A stretch of DNA of 64,000 nt from Sporopachydermia quercuum (taxonomy: Eukaryota): NCBI GenBank assembly GCA_001599295.1, contig BCGN01000004.1, positions 1,427,676 to 1,491,675 on the forward strand, given 5' to 3'. A program made the position numbers and the translations under genes. The notes under the pieces are model-generated. The model ran no database searches, was not told the DNA's origin, and was given only the letters and a program-made list of their open reading frames with translations. Within the stretch, counting starts at the first letter, position 1, and each line of letters opens with the position of its first letter. Positions 1-9,505 of this stretch are shown here, piece after piece.

Positions 1-1828
1 TGTATGCATTAATCAGTCGTTTGCACCTAAGAAGCAACAGTTACATGAAATGTGTGAAGACGGAACATTACAATTTCATTCTATAATACAATTGGATAAA
101 GCTTTTGATGTTTACCAAAGGATATATGGTTCTATGGATGTAATAAAGTACCATGTGTCATTTTTAACGAAATATCTATATGACCAATTGATACAATTGA
201 AATATCCTTCAACAGATGCACGTTTAGTTGAAATCTATACTAATGGTGACACTATTCATGACTCAACTATTCAAGGTCCTGTTTTATCATTTAATTTAAG
301 AGACATCGATGGAAACTATATTGGATATGCTAATTTTGAGGCTCTGGCTATTTTAAAAAAGATCAACATTCGTACAGGCACTTTATGCAATACGGGAGCT
401 TCTAGTAAATGGATTGGATATAATGATGACTTTATTATAGCTAATCATGGTAGAGGCCATGTGTGTGGTGATACAATGGACGTAATAAATGGTGTACCAA
501 CAGGAGCTATTCGGATTAGTATTGGTGCTTTCAACTGTACAGAGGATGTTGATGAGCTTATTTCTTTCATCAAAGAGTACTTTTTAGGTAGGGATTTTAA
601 CTTGGATCATAGACATGCTATGGCTAAAGGTAGCAAAGTGCACTATTCGGAAAAGGAGGAGAATATTGCTCATAATAAGAATAGGAACGAGGGTGATGAA
701 AGGGATCTCGCGATTCCCAATGGTACTACTCCTTTTACCAGTGAGGTCGTTTCAACGGAGATGCCCAATTCAATAGGTAACACATCTCAATCATTCTTAG
801 CAACACCAATCATTAAGTCTTTAGTTATTTATCCTATAAAATCCTGTTCACCAATTATATTAAGCCAAGGAAGATGGCCATTGGATCTCCAAAAGAATGG
901 TTGTCTGAAATACGATAGGGAGTTCTGTTTAATTAATCTATTAACTAAACGTATAATGACTCAAAAGCAGTACGGCCAAATGACAAGTATTTTTCCTTTT
1001 ATAAATAGTCAACAAACTATTATGAAGGTTTACCATAAGAGAAATGGAAATGATCATGATAGTACCGCTAGTAGAAGCAGCGACTTCATTAGTATTCAAT
1101 TACAACAAGAGACCAATTATAGCACAGAAATCATAGAATTAACATCAAATGCTTGTGAGAAAAGCAGCTTTATACAATTTTTCAAAGATGATGATATAAT
1201 CCATTTCTTCTCAAGTGCTATTGGTATCCCATGTACTTTAGCCAAATGCTTAGATGGAACAGCATCATCGAATCATGGAAATCAATCGTACATTAATCAC
1301 CCACCAAGCTCAAATCTATCGAGCAAATGTCCTTTTTTACTTATCTCAGAACCAAGTGTCGATCAGTTGAAACAGGACGTTGAAAACAATAATGGGGATT
1401 CTAGTAGTATTACTGCTCTCAATTTTAGAGGGAATATTATTATTGATAATGCTACCAATAATATGGCCAGTGGTAATGGTATTACCACTGCCACTAATAC
1501 TCCAAGTGATTATCTTACACCTTATATCGAAGATTCATGGGAAAGAGTCAAAATCGGTGATTATTCATTCCAATTGATTGCACCTTGTGAAAGATGTCAT
1601 ATGGTTAATATTAATGGCAATAATGGTAAATTACAACAGGAGCCTTATTTAACACTTTCAAAAAAGAGGAAATTTGGAAGAAAGATTCTGTTTGGTCAAT
1701 ACCTGAGATTTGCTCCAAGAGATTCTTTAATCCCAGGAGCTAATGGTAACCATAATGATAGTGACAACGACTATGCTGTTTGGCTGTCTGTTGGTGATAA
1801 GATCAGCGTTGAAAAGTATAAATGGTGA
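1..1828 (+). CDS. hxB: Molybdenum cofactor sulfurase (HxB/ABA3/MOCOS family), 5'-truncated by the window edge
   Basis: The frame is open from position 2 (VCINQSFAPKKQQLHEMCEDGTLQFHSII). It contains the NifS-like C-terminal motifs EDGTLxFHSI, IRTGTLCNTG, GHVCGDTMD and GAIRISIG. A MOSC_N domain (IYPIKSC, YDREFCL) and a MOSC domain (FRGNIII, PCERCHMVN, FGQYL) follow. Confidence 0.9.
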   Translation, partial: VCINQSFAPKKQQLHEMCEDGTLQFHSIIQLDKAFDVYQRIYGSMDVIKYHVSFLTKYLYDQLIQLKYPSTDARLVEIYTNGDTIHDSTIQGPVLSFNLRDIDGNYIGYANFEALAILKKINIRTGTLCNTGASSKWIGYNDDFIIANHGRGHVCGDTMDVINGVPTGAIRISIGAFNCTEDVDELISFIKEYFLGRDFNLDHRHAMAKGSKVHYSEKEENIAHNKNRNEGDERDLAIPNGTTPFTSEVVSTEMPNSIGNTSQSFLATPIIKSLVIYPIKSCSPIILSQGRWPLDLQKNGCLKYDREFCLINLLTKRIMTQKQYGQMTSIFPFINSQQTIMKVYHKRNGNDHDSTASRSSDFISIQLQQETNYSTEIIELTSNACEKSSFIQFFKDDDIIHFFSSAIGIPCTLAKCLDGTASSNHGNQSYINHPPSSNLSSKCPFLLISEPSVDQLKQDVENNNGDSSSITALNFRGNIIIDNATNNMASGNGITTATNTPSDYLTPYIEDSWERVKIGDYSFQLIAPCERCHMVNINGNNGKLQQEPYLTLSKKRKFGRKILFGQYLRFAPRDSLIPGANGNHNDSDNDYAVWLSVGDKISVEKYKW

Positions 1829-2810
1829 TAAGAAAGCTGTAGCCATGGTTAGATACGCGGATCAACGAATATGTAATAAGTGATCCGATGCAAATAAGGA
1901 AATATCAAACAAAAGGCAAGAATGCTATAATTAGCTTCCTGTCACTATTGTCATCGGGACAGTCGTTCAATAATAGTGGTATGTGGTATGTAGTATTAGT
2001 TGTAAATAATAATGAATTGATATAGCAATTTGCAATAAACTTAATGATAAGTGAATTATGAATAAAGATCCTAAAAGTAAAAAATAGGAGTAAAAAATTG
2101 ATAGTGTTCGTTAGCCTTTTGTTATGTTATGGGGATATAATGCTGTACTTGATAGTAATATTTGATAACATTAATGTATTGTAATAAGTAATTGCAGATT
2201 AATTGCATTTAATGTCAGTGTAGTGAAATAATTTTTGTTGCATTGCAATTATTGTCGACACAATTACAAATATAGTTACTGTTAGTTTTATTGCATTGAT
2301 TGCAATTAGCAACAATCCTATTTATGCCTATTGCGCGTTACAGCAAAAAGTAAATTTACTAATTGCAGAATAAGAAAAATGCAAAAACATAAATTGACCA
2401 AAACCATAAGAATTAACAAAAAGTCCATCTCCAAGGCAAACAATTTGAACATTTACTATTCTAACCGAAATACCTAATAAATGACAACATTATTCAAATA
2501 TCCTACTAACAAATACTATTCAATAAAAAATACTGAATAGAAATCATTATTTCAAATTTCCCTTATAATAATCTATACAATACACTATAAATTGTAATTG
2601 CATCTTAACGATTATGCCTTGACTATTAAATACTCAGTATTTAGACATTTAAACTATTGGCAATAGACATGCGCTGATTGACTAAGATATACTATAATAC
2701 AATGGCCCAAGAACAAAATCATCATACTACTAGCACTCTAAGTACTTCTTCTATGATTCAATTCAGTGAACTCTTTATACATAATCATTAACCTGTCCAT
2801 TAATCTATCC

Positions 2811-5800
2811 TTATTCTCTATAAAGTAACTTATCAAGTTCATTTTCATCTAATAACCTCGCATGTTCTCCAGCACCTAATGGTGCTTCCTTATGTAGCAA
2901 AACATCCAATTCTTTGATAACTTCCTTCTTTTCTTCTTCAGCATTCTTCTTAATAGATTCCTTCCGGCCACCAAACCTTCCAACTTGAATAATCAATTGC
3001 TCTAATTTCAACTTATTTCCTGCCCGATGTAACATAATCTGCTCAACAGTATTCGACATACAAAGCCTATAAACTTGAACTAATTTCTCTTGGCCTAATC
3101 GGTGTGCTCTGTCCATTGCTTGTAAATCCTGCTGAGGATTCCAATCCGAATCATAAATAATCACAGTATCTGCTGCAACCAAATTGATACCCAATCCTCC
3201 TGCTCTTGTTGAAATCAAGAATATATCATAACTAATTCTATTCTTATCATCACCATTCTCTTCATTATCGTCGTCTTCATCATTAATTGAGCTTCTCTTT
3301 CTCGAGAATTTATCAATTTGATCTTGCCGAGATTCCTGTGAAGTTGATCCATCAATCCTGCAAACATTATAGTTTCTATACAATGTTGCCCAATCTTCTA
3401 GCATATCAAGAGCCCTTGAGAATTGACTGAAGATCAATACCTTATGATTAGTTTTAATCAACATAGGAACAAACTGATCAACAAGTTTCATTTTACCACA
3501 TGAATTAACAATTCTATTATCGATTTTGACATATGAGAAAACATCTTCTACCTCATTTGGTTTGATTTGTTTTCCATGAGCATTCTTTGGCAAAATGTCT
3601 TGACATAGTTGCAAATCACCAAAATTGCCCCATGGGTCAAAGAATAAGTATGGCGAATTACAGACAAGTCTCATCTGCATAACCAGATTACCAAGTTTCT
3701 TCTCCCTTCCTTCTCTATCAGCGATGCTGAAAGCTTTCTTTATGGTGTTTAAATCGAAGGAGTATTTGTATCGTTTGGGCTTATGTCTCTTCAATGATTT
3801 AGAAGCTGAAGAATGTTTTGGTAATGGTTGCTCAGGAGTAGATTTAGTAGGATCAACAGTAAGAGAATCAGCATTAGTTTCAGCAGTAGCTTTAGTAGTG
3901 TTCTCAGCTGTATTTCCGGCAGCCTTTTCAGTAGTAGTTTCAGCAATTGCTCCATCTTTACTAGGATTACTATTAGTACTAATGCTAGCATTATTAGCAA
4001 CTGCATCATTCTCACTAGCTTTAGCACCAGAACTAGCAAGAGGAGTATTATCAACAGGTTTACCATCGTTAGCAGTATACTCATTAGCAATGTTCTCAGG
4101 AAGAGTATCAGCAGATTTGTCCCCCGCTTTATCAGTAACAACAACATCATCATTTTTGCTAATACCCTTACTATCACTATCAACTACCTCAATCGTATCT
4201 TTCTCTTTCTTTTTCTCTTGACCTTGAAATGATGATAAACTGTTATGATTGATACTACTAAACTGAATCTTAGGAATTGGTTTTTTTGAAACAGCTTCAA
4301 CTTCAGCTTCAACTTTGATTCCTGCACTATTAAAATTGATAGGACCTGAGTTATGGCTTGATTCATCATTCACTTGTTGATTGCCATTTTGCCGCTGTGG
4401 ATTTAATGAATTTGACGAATCGAATGTTTTTTCATTATTTTGAGCATCGCCATTATCAACAGTTGGAACAGTGGTAATAGCAGTGCTATCAGTATTATCA
4501 TTGGCAAGAGTAGCACCATTGCTACCATGAACAACTTCACTCTCTTTGTTTTTCTGTTTTGATTCTTCCTTTCTCTTTTCCTTTTCCCTTTCATAGCCAT
4601 CATCGTCAATAGTTAAATCAATTACTTCAGGAGTACTCTTCTTATTCCTCTTATACTCATCCTTGACAATTCCTTGACTATTCAACGTTGGTAACGAACT
4701 ATTATCAGATGGCATATAAATAGCATTTCTGATGCTACCAGGACTACGATAAACACTATTCTTTGCTCTTTGGAAAGCTGCATCAGTTAATCTTAATCCA
4801 TCTTTCATTGCATAGGCATGAGTTAATACTGGGAATCTGTCAGGTGGGAAAATTGAACTGCCGTTAGTGTATGGATTGTAGCCATCATGGGTGTCAACAC
4901 CATTCTTACTACCAATATTGTTCCTATAATCATTTGGTTCAATTGTAGGATCAGCAACTGGTAAAACACTCATTTTGCTTTCACCCGATGATGATCGTTT
5001 CGCCGTTTCTTCAAATTCGATATCTTTATCATCAGCATCATCAGCCATATCGGCTAGAACTCTTCTTCTATTACTTCTCTTCTTCTTAACCTTTGGCAAT
5101 GTTTTGAAGTATTGACTGTATAGTGTTTCACCCTCAGGTTCAGGCTCTGGTATAGCAATGGAAGCAGCTGTAACATTGATACTGGCCACAGGACTAGGAC
5201 TTACACTGTAACTATTATTTGAGCTAGGTATCGAACTAGTACTGTTACCATAATTACTGTAACTAATAGGATGTGAAATGACTGTTTTGATGATTCCTCC
5301 TGTATTGTTAGCTCTTTTCAAATAAGGAAGATCAATTGCAAAAGTTGGATTTTGAATAGTAGTAGCACTGGCATTTGTAGGGGTAGTACTTTTGCTGAAA
5401 TTACTCTCTTTGATAATGTCAACTACTGGAGTATTATTAACGATATATCTCTTAGGAAGCTGACCATTCTGTTTAATGACATTATTAGGATTGTTGGTAT
5501 AATTGGTACTATTATTGATAACGTTGCTGCTAATAGTACCACTGCTAGCACTACTGTTACTATTGCCTATAGTATGAACATTATTGTTGATGAAATTCGT
5601 ATTGATGATATTGCTACTACCATTGTTTTTGATGACACTACTATTAATGATATTTCTAGTAGCATTAGCGTTGTTGAAATTGTTAGTAGTGATAACATTA
5701 CTCTTCAAACTGTTATTGATATTATTACTATAGTTAATATTCACCTTATCGTTCTTGTTGTTCTTATTGCTCCTACTATTGTTATTCACCTTATTGATTT

Positions 5801-8288
5801 CAAATTGAATCTCCTTACCATACTGAGCTGTCTGAGGAACAGAAGCATGATGGAATGTTACTCGATTGACGTTCATTAGCTTTTGACCATTAGCACTGTA
5901 AACAGGCTGTTGTAGCGTGAAATTGGTACCACCATTAGCATTATTAACATTGATAACATTGCTGCCAACGGGATGGTTTGCGTTGATATTTATTGGAGTA
6001 TCTGATTGCATTGCATTTTGATACTCATTAGTTTTACCTAGCATTTCAGCCAAATATAATGATTGATTCGTTGCAGGACCCATTGGTTGAAAAGATTTTC
6101 TTTTCTTCTTCTGAGACTTATTCATATATTCATCATCTGAGTTCTGATCGGATTTGTTATCTTGATAATCTTCATCATTGCTACCAGCGGCTGACTCATC
6201 ATTTTCATTATCCGACCCTGAATCTTCAGGACAATCATTATTATCGTCATCTCCATCGTTAATTTCCGCCATTAGTTGCTTATTATACTTATCATAATTC
6301 TTCATTGAAAATATGACATCTTCTCTGTATTCCACCTGGGATTTCTTCTTCCTTCTTAATCTCCGCGTTCTACCAGTAATTCCATCATTGAATTGATCGT
6401 TTCCATTGTTATTACTATCAGAATCGACATCTCCATCATCGAAATCTTCGATACCATAATATTCTCTTCTGGCTAAATAAAGGTAATAAAAGCAGTCTCT
6501 TTCTAACAGCTTTTCTTTCTCCTTTAATTCTTCCAACGCCTTCTCAGACAATTCAACCTCAGCATTCGGTAGTCTTCCACAGTATCCTAGTGTTAATAAC
6601 TTTTCTTTCATACTCATACCAACAAGATAATCTAGAAGATTCAATGATGCCAATAATTTGAAATGAGAATTATTAACCTCATCAGGTGAAACATCATATC
6701 GTTGCCTATACATTGAAATATACTGATCTCTATCTCTAACAATATTAGCTTCAACAACTTTTGTATACAGCAGTTTTTGATATAAAGTCAACTGACCATA
6801 AATGATGAATTCTTTCTTTGGAGGAATAACGTTTTTCAGAACGTCACATTTTAATCTTCTTAGTAAGAAAGGCTTTAGGATTTGATGAAGACTAAGAATT
6901 AAATTCTGTTGTGCTTCTTTTGTCAATAATTCGTTACTCTCGGATGATGAACTACCGATCGATTCAACATCAAAATCAAACCATTGTAAGAACATATCCA
7001 AATCACCAAATACATCAGGCAGAATAAAATTAAGTAATGACCAAAGTTCATTAAGATTGTTCTGTAAAGGAGTACCAGTTAATAATAAACGGTTCGGAAT
7101 AAATCCGAAGTTTCTTTTCAAAACAGCCAATAGTTTACTATTAGTGTTTTTCAGTCTATGACCTTCATCAACGATTAGATATTTGAATGGGAATTTCTGT
7201 AGAGCCATTCTATCAGCCATTAACATTTCATATGAGCAAATGACAACCGCTCCGTTATATTTACTATACTTTTTGACAATAGCTTTCTCTCTTCTTGATA
7301 AATGTCGTTTCCTTCGAAACCGCAATAATTCAGTCTGTCTAATATGTTCCCGTTCCTTTGGCGATCCATAGTAAACAATAGCTTGAACAGTGGGAGCAAA
7401 TTTGTTGAATTCATTTTTCCAGTTCTGGACAGTTGATAAAGGGCAAGAAACAAAAAAAGGTCCCGGGTTGCCATTTTCAATCAAAAAGCATAAAAATGCA
7501 ATTGATTGGATGGTTTTACCTAAACCCATTTCATCAGCTAATATACCGTTCAAACCATTTTCATATAATGTGATTAACCATGATAGACCTTGCAATTGAT
7601 AATCTCTCATCGAACAGTTCTCCATTAATTCTGGTTGTCGAACTCTTATTCTTGATGAAGAAGTTGAAGATGAGGAAGATGATTGTTTTTTGATTTTTGA
7701 AGCTGATTTTCTCGCTGCTCTTCTTCTTTTTCGTCTTCTATTTCGTTGGACAATCCCTTCGTCATCATCTTCATTGCCATTGTTTTCCTCTGCATCTTCC
7801 TCGTTCTCTTCACTATTACTCTTTTGCTGATCATCATTTTCATCTTCTTTGTCATCAATGACCACGAGACACTTACTGAGAATATCAGAATATATTTTTG
7901 ATTTATCAATTAATAGTTTCAGTTTTTTCAGCTTTTTATCCGCTTTCAATTCAGCTATGGATTTAAGATTTTCAAGATGTGATTCACGATACTTTTCATT
8001 CTCATCAAGAATCGACTTATTCAGATCTTTATCTTCATCCTCTAACTGAGAGATTCCCTTCTTCTCAGCAATTGCTTTTTCATGTGCTTTTTCTTGATTA
8101 TTAATATTTGACAACAAATTTTGACGCGCTTCTTCTTTCTTTCTTTCGTTTTCGTCATTATCAACTGTTGTTAAGAACTCATCATCAGCGTCACGATTAG
8201 CACTTGTATCATACTCTTCAATGAAAACTGGTCCTAAGGGACCAAATTTACTATGGGGATCAGAAAAATCAAGTTTAACTGTTGACAT
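2811..8288 (-). CDS. IRC5: Snf2-family ATPase, Irc5/LSH(HELLS)/DDM1 subfamily, with a very large low-complexity insertion between the ATPase lobes
   Basis: Motifs LYENGLNGILADEMGLGKT, LIVDEGHRLKN, LLLTGTPLQNNL, KVLIFSQF, STRAGGLGINL and QAMDRAHRLGQ are present. The gene is divergent from RSC8, as IRC5/RSC8 are in S. cerevisiae. The first ATG is at 8288; the ORF track starts at a TTG. Confidence 0.88.
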   Translation of the reverse strand: MSTVKLDFSDPHSKFGPLGPVFIEEYDTSANRDADDEFLTTVDNDENERKKEEARQNLLSNINNQEKAHEKAIAEKKGISQLEDEDKDLNKSILDENEKYRESHLENLKSIAELKADKKLKKLKLLIDKSKIYSDILSKCLVVIDDKEDENDDQQKSNSEENEEDAEENNGNEDDDEGIVQRNRRRKRRRAARKSASKIKKQSSSSSSTSSSRIRVRQPELMENCSMRDYQLQGLSWLITLYENGLNGILADEMGLGKTIQSIAFLCFLIENGNPGPFFVSCPLSTVQNWKNEFNKFAPTVQAIVYYGSPKEREHIRQTELLRFRRKRHLSRREKAIVKKYSKYNGAVVICSYEMLMADRMALQKFPFKYLIVDEGHRLKNTNSKLLAVLKRNFGFIPNRLLLTGTPLQNNLNELWSLLNFILPDVFGDLDMFLQWFDFDVESIGSSSSESNELLTKEAQQNLILSLHQILKPFLLRRLKCDVLKNVIPPKKEFIIYGQLTLYQKLLYTKVVEANIVRDRDQYISMYRQRYDVSPDEVNNSHFKLLASLNLLDYLVGMSMKEKLLTLGYCGRLPNAEVELSEKALEELKEKEKLLERDCFYYLYLARREYYGIEDFDDGDVDSDSNNNGNDQFNDGITGRTRRLRRKKKSQVEYREDVIFSMKNYDKYNKQLMAEINDGDDDNNDCPEDSGSDNENDESAAGSNDEDYQDNKSDQNSDDEYMNKSQKKKRKSFQPMGPATNQSLYLAEMLGKTNEYQNAMQSDTPININANHPVGSNVINVNNANGGTNFTLQQPVYSANGQKLMNVNRVTFHHASVPQTAQYGKEIQFEINKVNNNSRSNKNNKNDKVNINYSNNINNSLKSNVITTNNFNNANATRNIINSSVIKNNGSSNIINTNFINNNVHTIGNSNSSASSGTISSNVINNSTNYTNNPNNVIKQNGQLPKRYIVNNTPVVDIIKESNFSKSTTPTNASATTIQNPTFAIDLPYLKRANNTGGIIKTVISHPISYSNYGNSTSSIPSSNNSYSVSPSPVASINVTAASIAIPEPEPEGETLYSQYFKTLPKVKKKRSNRRRVLADMADDADDKDIEFEETAKRSSSGESKMSVLPVADPTIEPNDYRNNIGSKNGVDTHDGYNPYTNGSSIFPPDRFPVLTHAYAMKDGLRLTDAAFQRAKNSVYRSPGSIRNAIYMPSDNSSLPTLNSQGIVKDEYKRNKKSTPEVIDLTIDDDGYEREKEKRKEESKQKNKESEVVHGSNGATLANDNTDSTAITTVPTVDNGDAQNNEKTFDSSNSLNPQRQNGNQQVNDESSHNSGPINFNSAGIKVEAEVEAVSKKPIPKIQFSSINHNSLSSFQGQEKKKEKDTIEVVDSDSKGISKNDDVVVTDKAGDKSADTLPENIANEYTANDGKPVDNTPLASSGAKASENDAVANNASISTNSNPSKDGAIAETTTEKAAGNTAENTTKATAETNADSLTVDPTKSTPEQPLPKHSSASKSLKRHKPKRYKYSFDLNTIKKAFSIADREGREKKLGNLVMQMRLVCNSPYLFFDPWGNFGDLQLCQDILPKNAHGKQIKPNEVEDVFSYVKIDNRIVNSCGKMKLVDQFVPMLIKTNHKVLIFSQFSRALDMLEDWATLYRNYNVCRIDGSTSQESRQDQIDKFSRKRSSINDEDDDNEENGDDKNRISYDIFLISTRAGGLGINLVAADTVIIYDSDWNPQQDLQAMDRAHRLGQEKLVQVYRLCMSNTVEQIMLHRAGNKLKLEQLIIQVGRFGGRKESIKKNAEEEKKEVIKELDVLLHKEAPLGAGEHARLLDENELDKLLYRE

Positions 8289-8397
8289 TTTCAATGTCGG
8301 TTATTCTTTGATGAGCAGCATTAATATAGTTGATTAATGTCGTTGGAACAGATTGTGCTTGTTTATTGGTATTTTCTTTGGTCCTGATATTGATGCG

Positions 8398-9238
8398 ACG
8401 CGTTTCTTTGAAAGTTGACGTTTATTTGCTTCGCGTTAAAGAAAATTTACTGTTTGACCGTGTTTAAGTAGCAAAATTGATCGTGTTGGTTACTTGAGTG
8501 NAGGGTACTGTAAGATGATGAGCTACAGAAGTTTCTTGCGATCTATAGGAAGGAAGAAGGAAGATTCGGAGCTGGAACTGGATATTGCCTTCCGTTGTTG
8601 GGACTTGAGTTAAGGTTCCGAAATCTTACCGGCGGAGGCTCAGCATTGCTAAATGAGCCTCCGAGCTTTACCAATCGAGTAAAGATGAACAAAATAGGTA
8701 ATTTTTAGTGATTACATGATCTAGAAACACGTTCTCAAGGTATTTATAGTTCACGTAATCATTAATTTTCAAACATTGCTTAGATATGAAAGGATTTAAA
8801 TAGAGCTTTTATTGTGGTAGTAAAGCGCTCTGGTAAAAGATAAATATTGCTCAAAGTCTCTTCTTTATTTAGTATTTATTGTCTCAACATCTTCCAGTAT
8901 TTCAATCCTTTTCAAACTTATTGCAGACCCTGAACAGACAAAATCACAAGCCAACAGACCCTCTTGCAAAGACCCCTTTACCACCTTACATCCCCACTAC
9001 CTTTCAAGCACAAACCTCCCATCAAAAAAACACAACCAAAGGTGGTGAGTGAAGAAAGACAAATTGTTAATCAAAGAATAAACGCGCGTCAATGTTCAGA
9101 TATTGTGTATACAAATTCAACGCGGTATTTTATCAGAAGATCTTCTACACACGATTTGATGCTTTTAACAATAGACAAAGGCTGTTTTTTTTATCAGGAG
9201 AACAAATACTCTTGTAGTATATAGTTTGAGCCTCGCGT
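8398..9238. promoter_or_regulatory. IRC5/RSC8 bidirectional promoter with MCB/CGCG elements
   Basis: ACGCGT at 8398-8403, TCGCGT at 8431-8436, ACGCGCGT at 9082-9089, and further ACGCG/TCGCGT near 9120 and 9233, all in an otherwise CpG-poor background. Confidence 0.5.
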
Positions 9239-9505
9239 TTGTTGTTGTTTGAAATTGTCAAGTGGTCGAAGTGTACAGAGCAAACTGTACTTTATCGCTT
9301 GGAGTAATTGTAATCAAACATTTAGAGGAAACAGTGGTGGAGAAGGCCTTACAATATTATCAATTGATACTCATTTTCGTAGCAAGCTTACTTTGAATTG
9401 AGAGAGTTCTTCAGATATCGAATCATAAGGTAGATAGGTCCTCCTTGCGAAGCATAGAATCTCGGTCAACTGAAATCTAATTATACTGCATAAGAGTATT
9501 GCAAA

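Noticed and set aside
1830..2810. G/T-rich versus A/C-rich halves with repeated ATTGCA, suggesting a hairpin or MITE
   Set aside because: Only short helices were found, with no clear TIRs or TSD. The skew is expected between convergent 3' UTRs.
3625..5879. Overlapping and antisense ORFs of 130-198 aa within IRC5 (and similar ones in SCP160, URA2 and SPT10)
   Set aside because: These are shadow ORFs of biased codon usage with no recognisable motifs.
3700..6600. Intein or intron explaining the IRC5 insertion
   Set aside because: There are no intein terminal residues or endonuclease motifs. The only donor/branch/acceptor set I noticed (5204-4858, 347 nt) would shift the frame.
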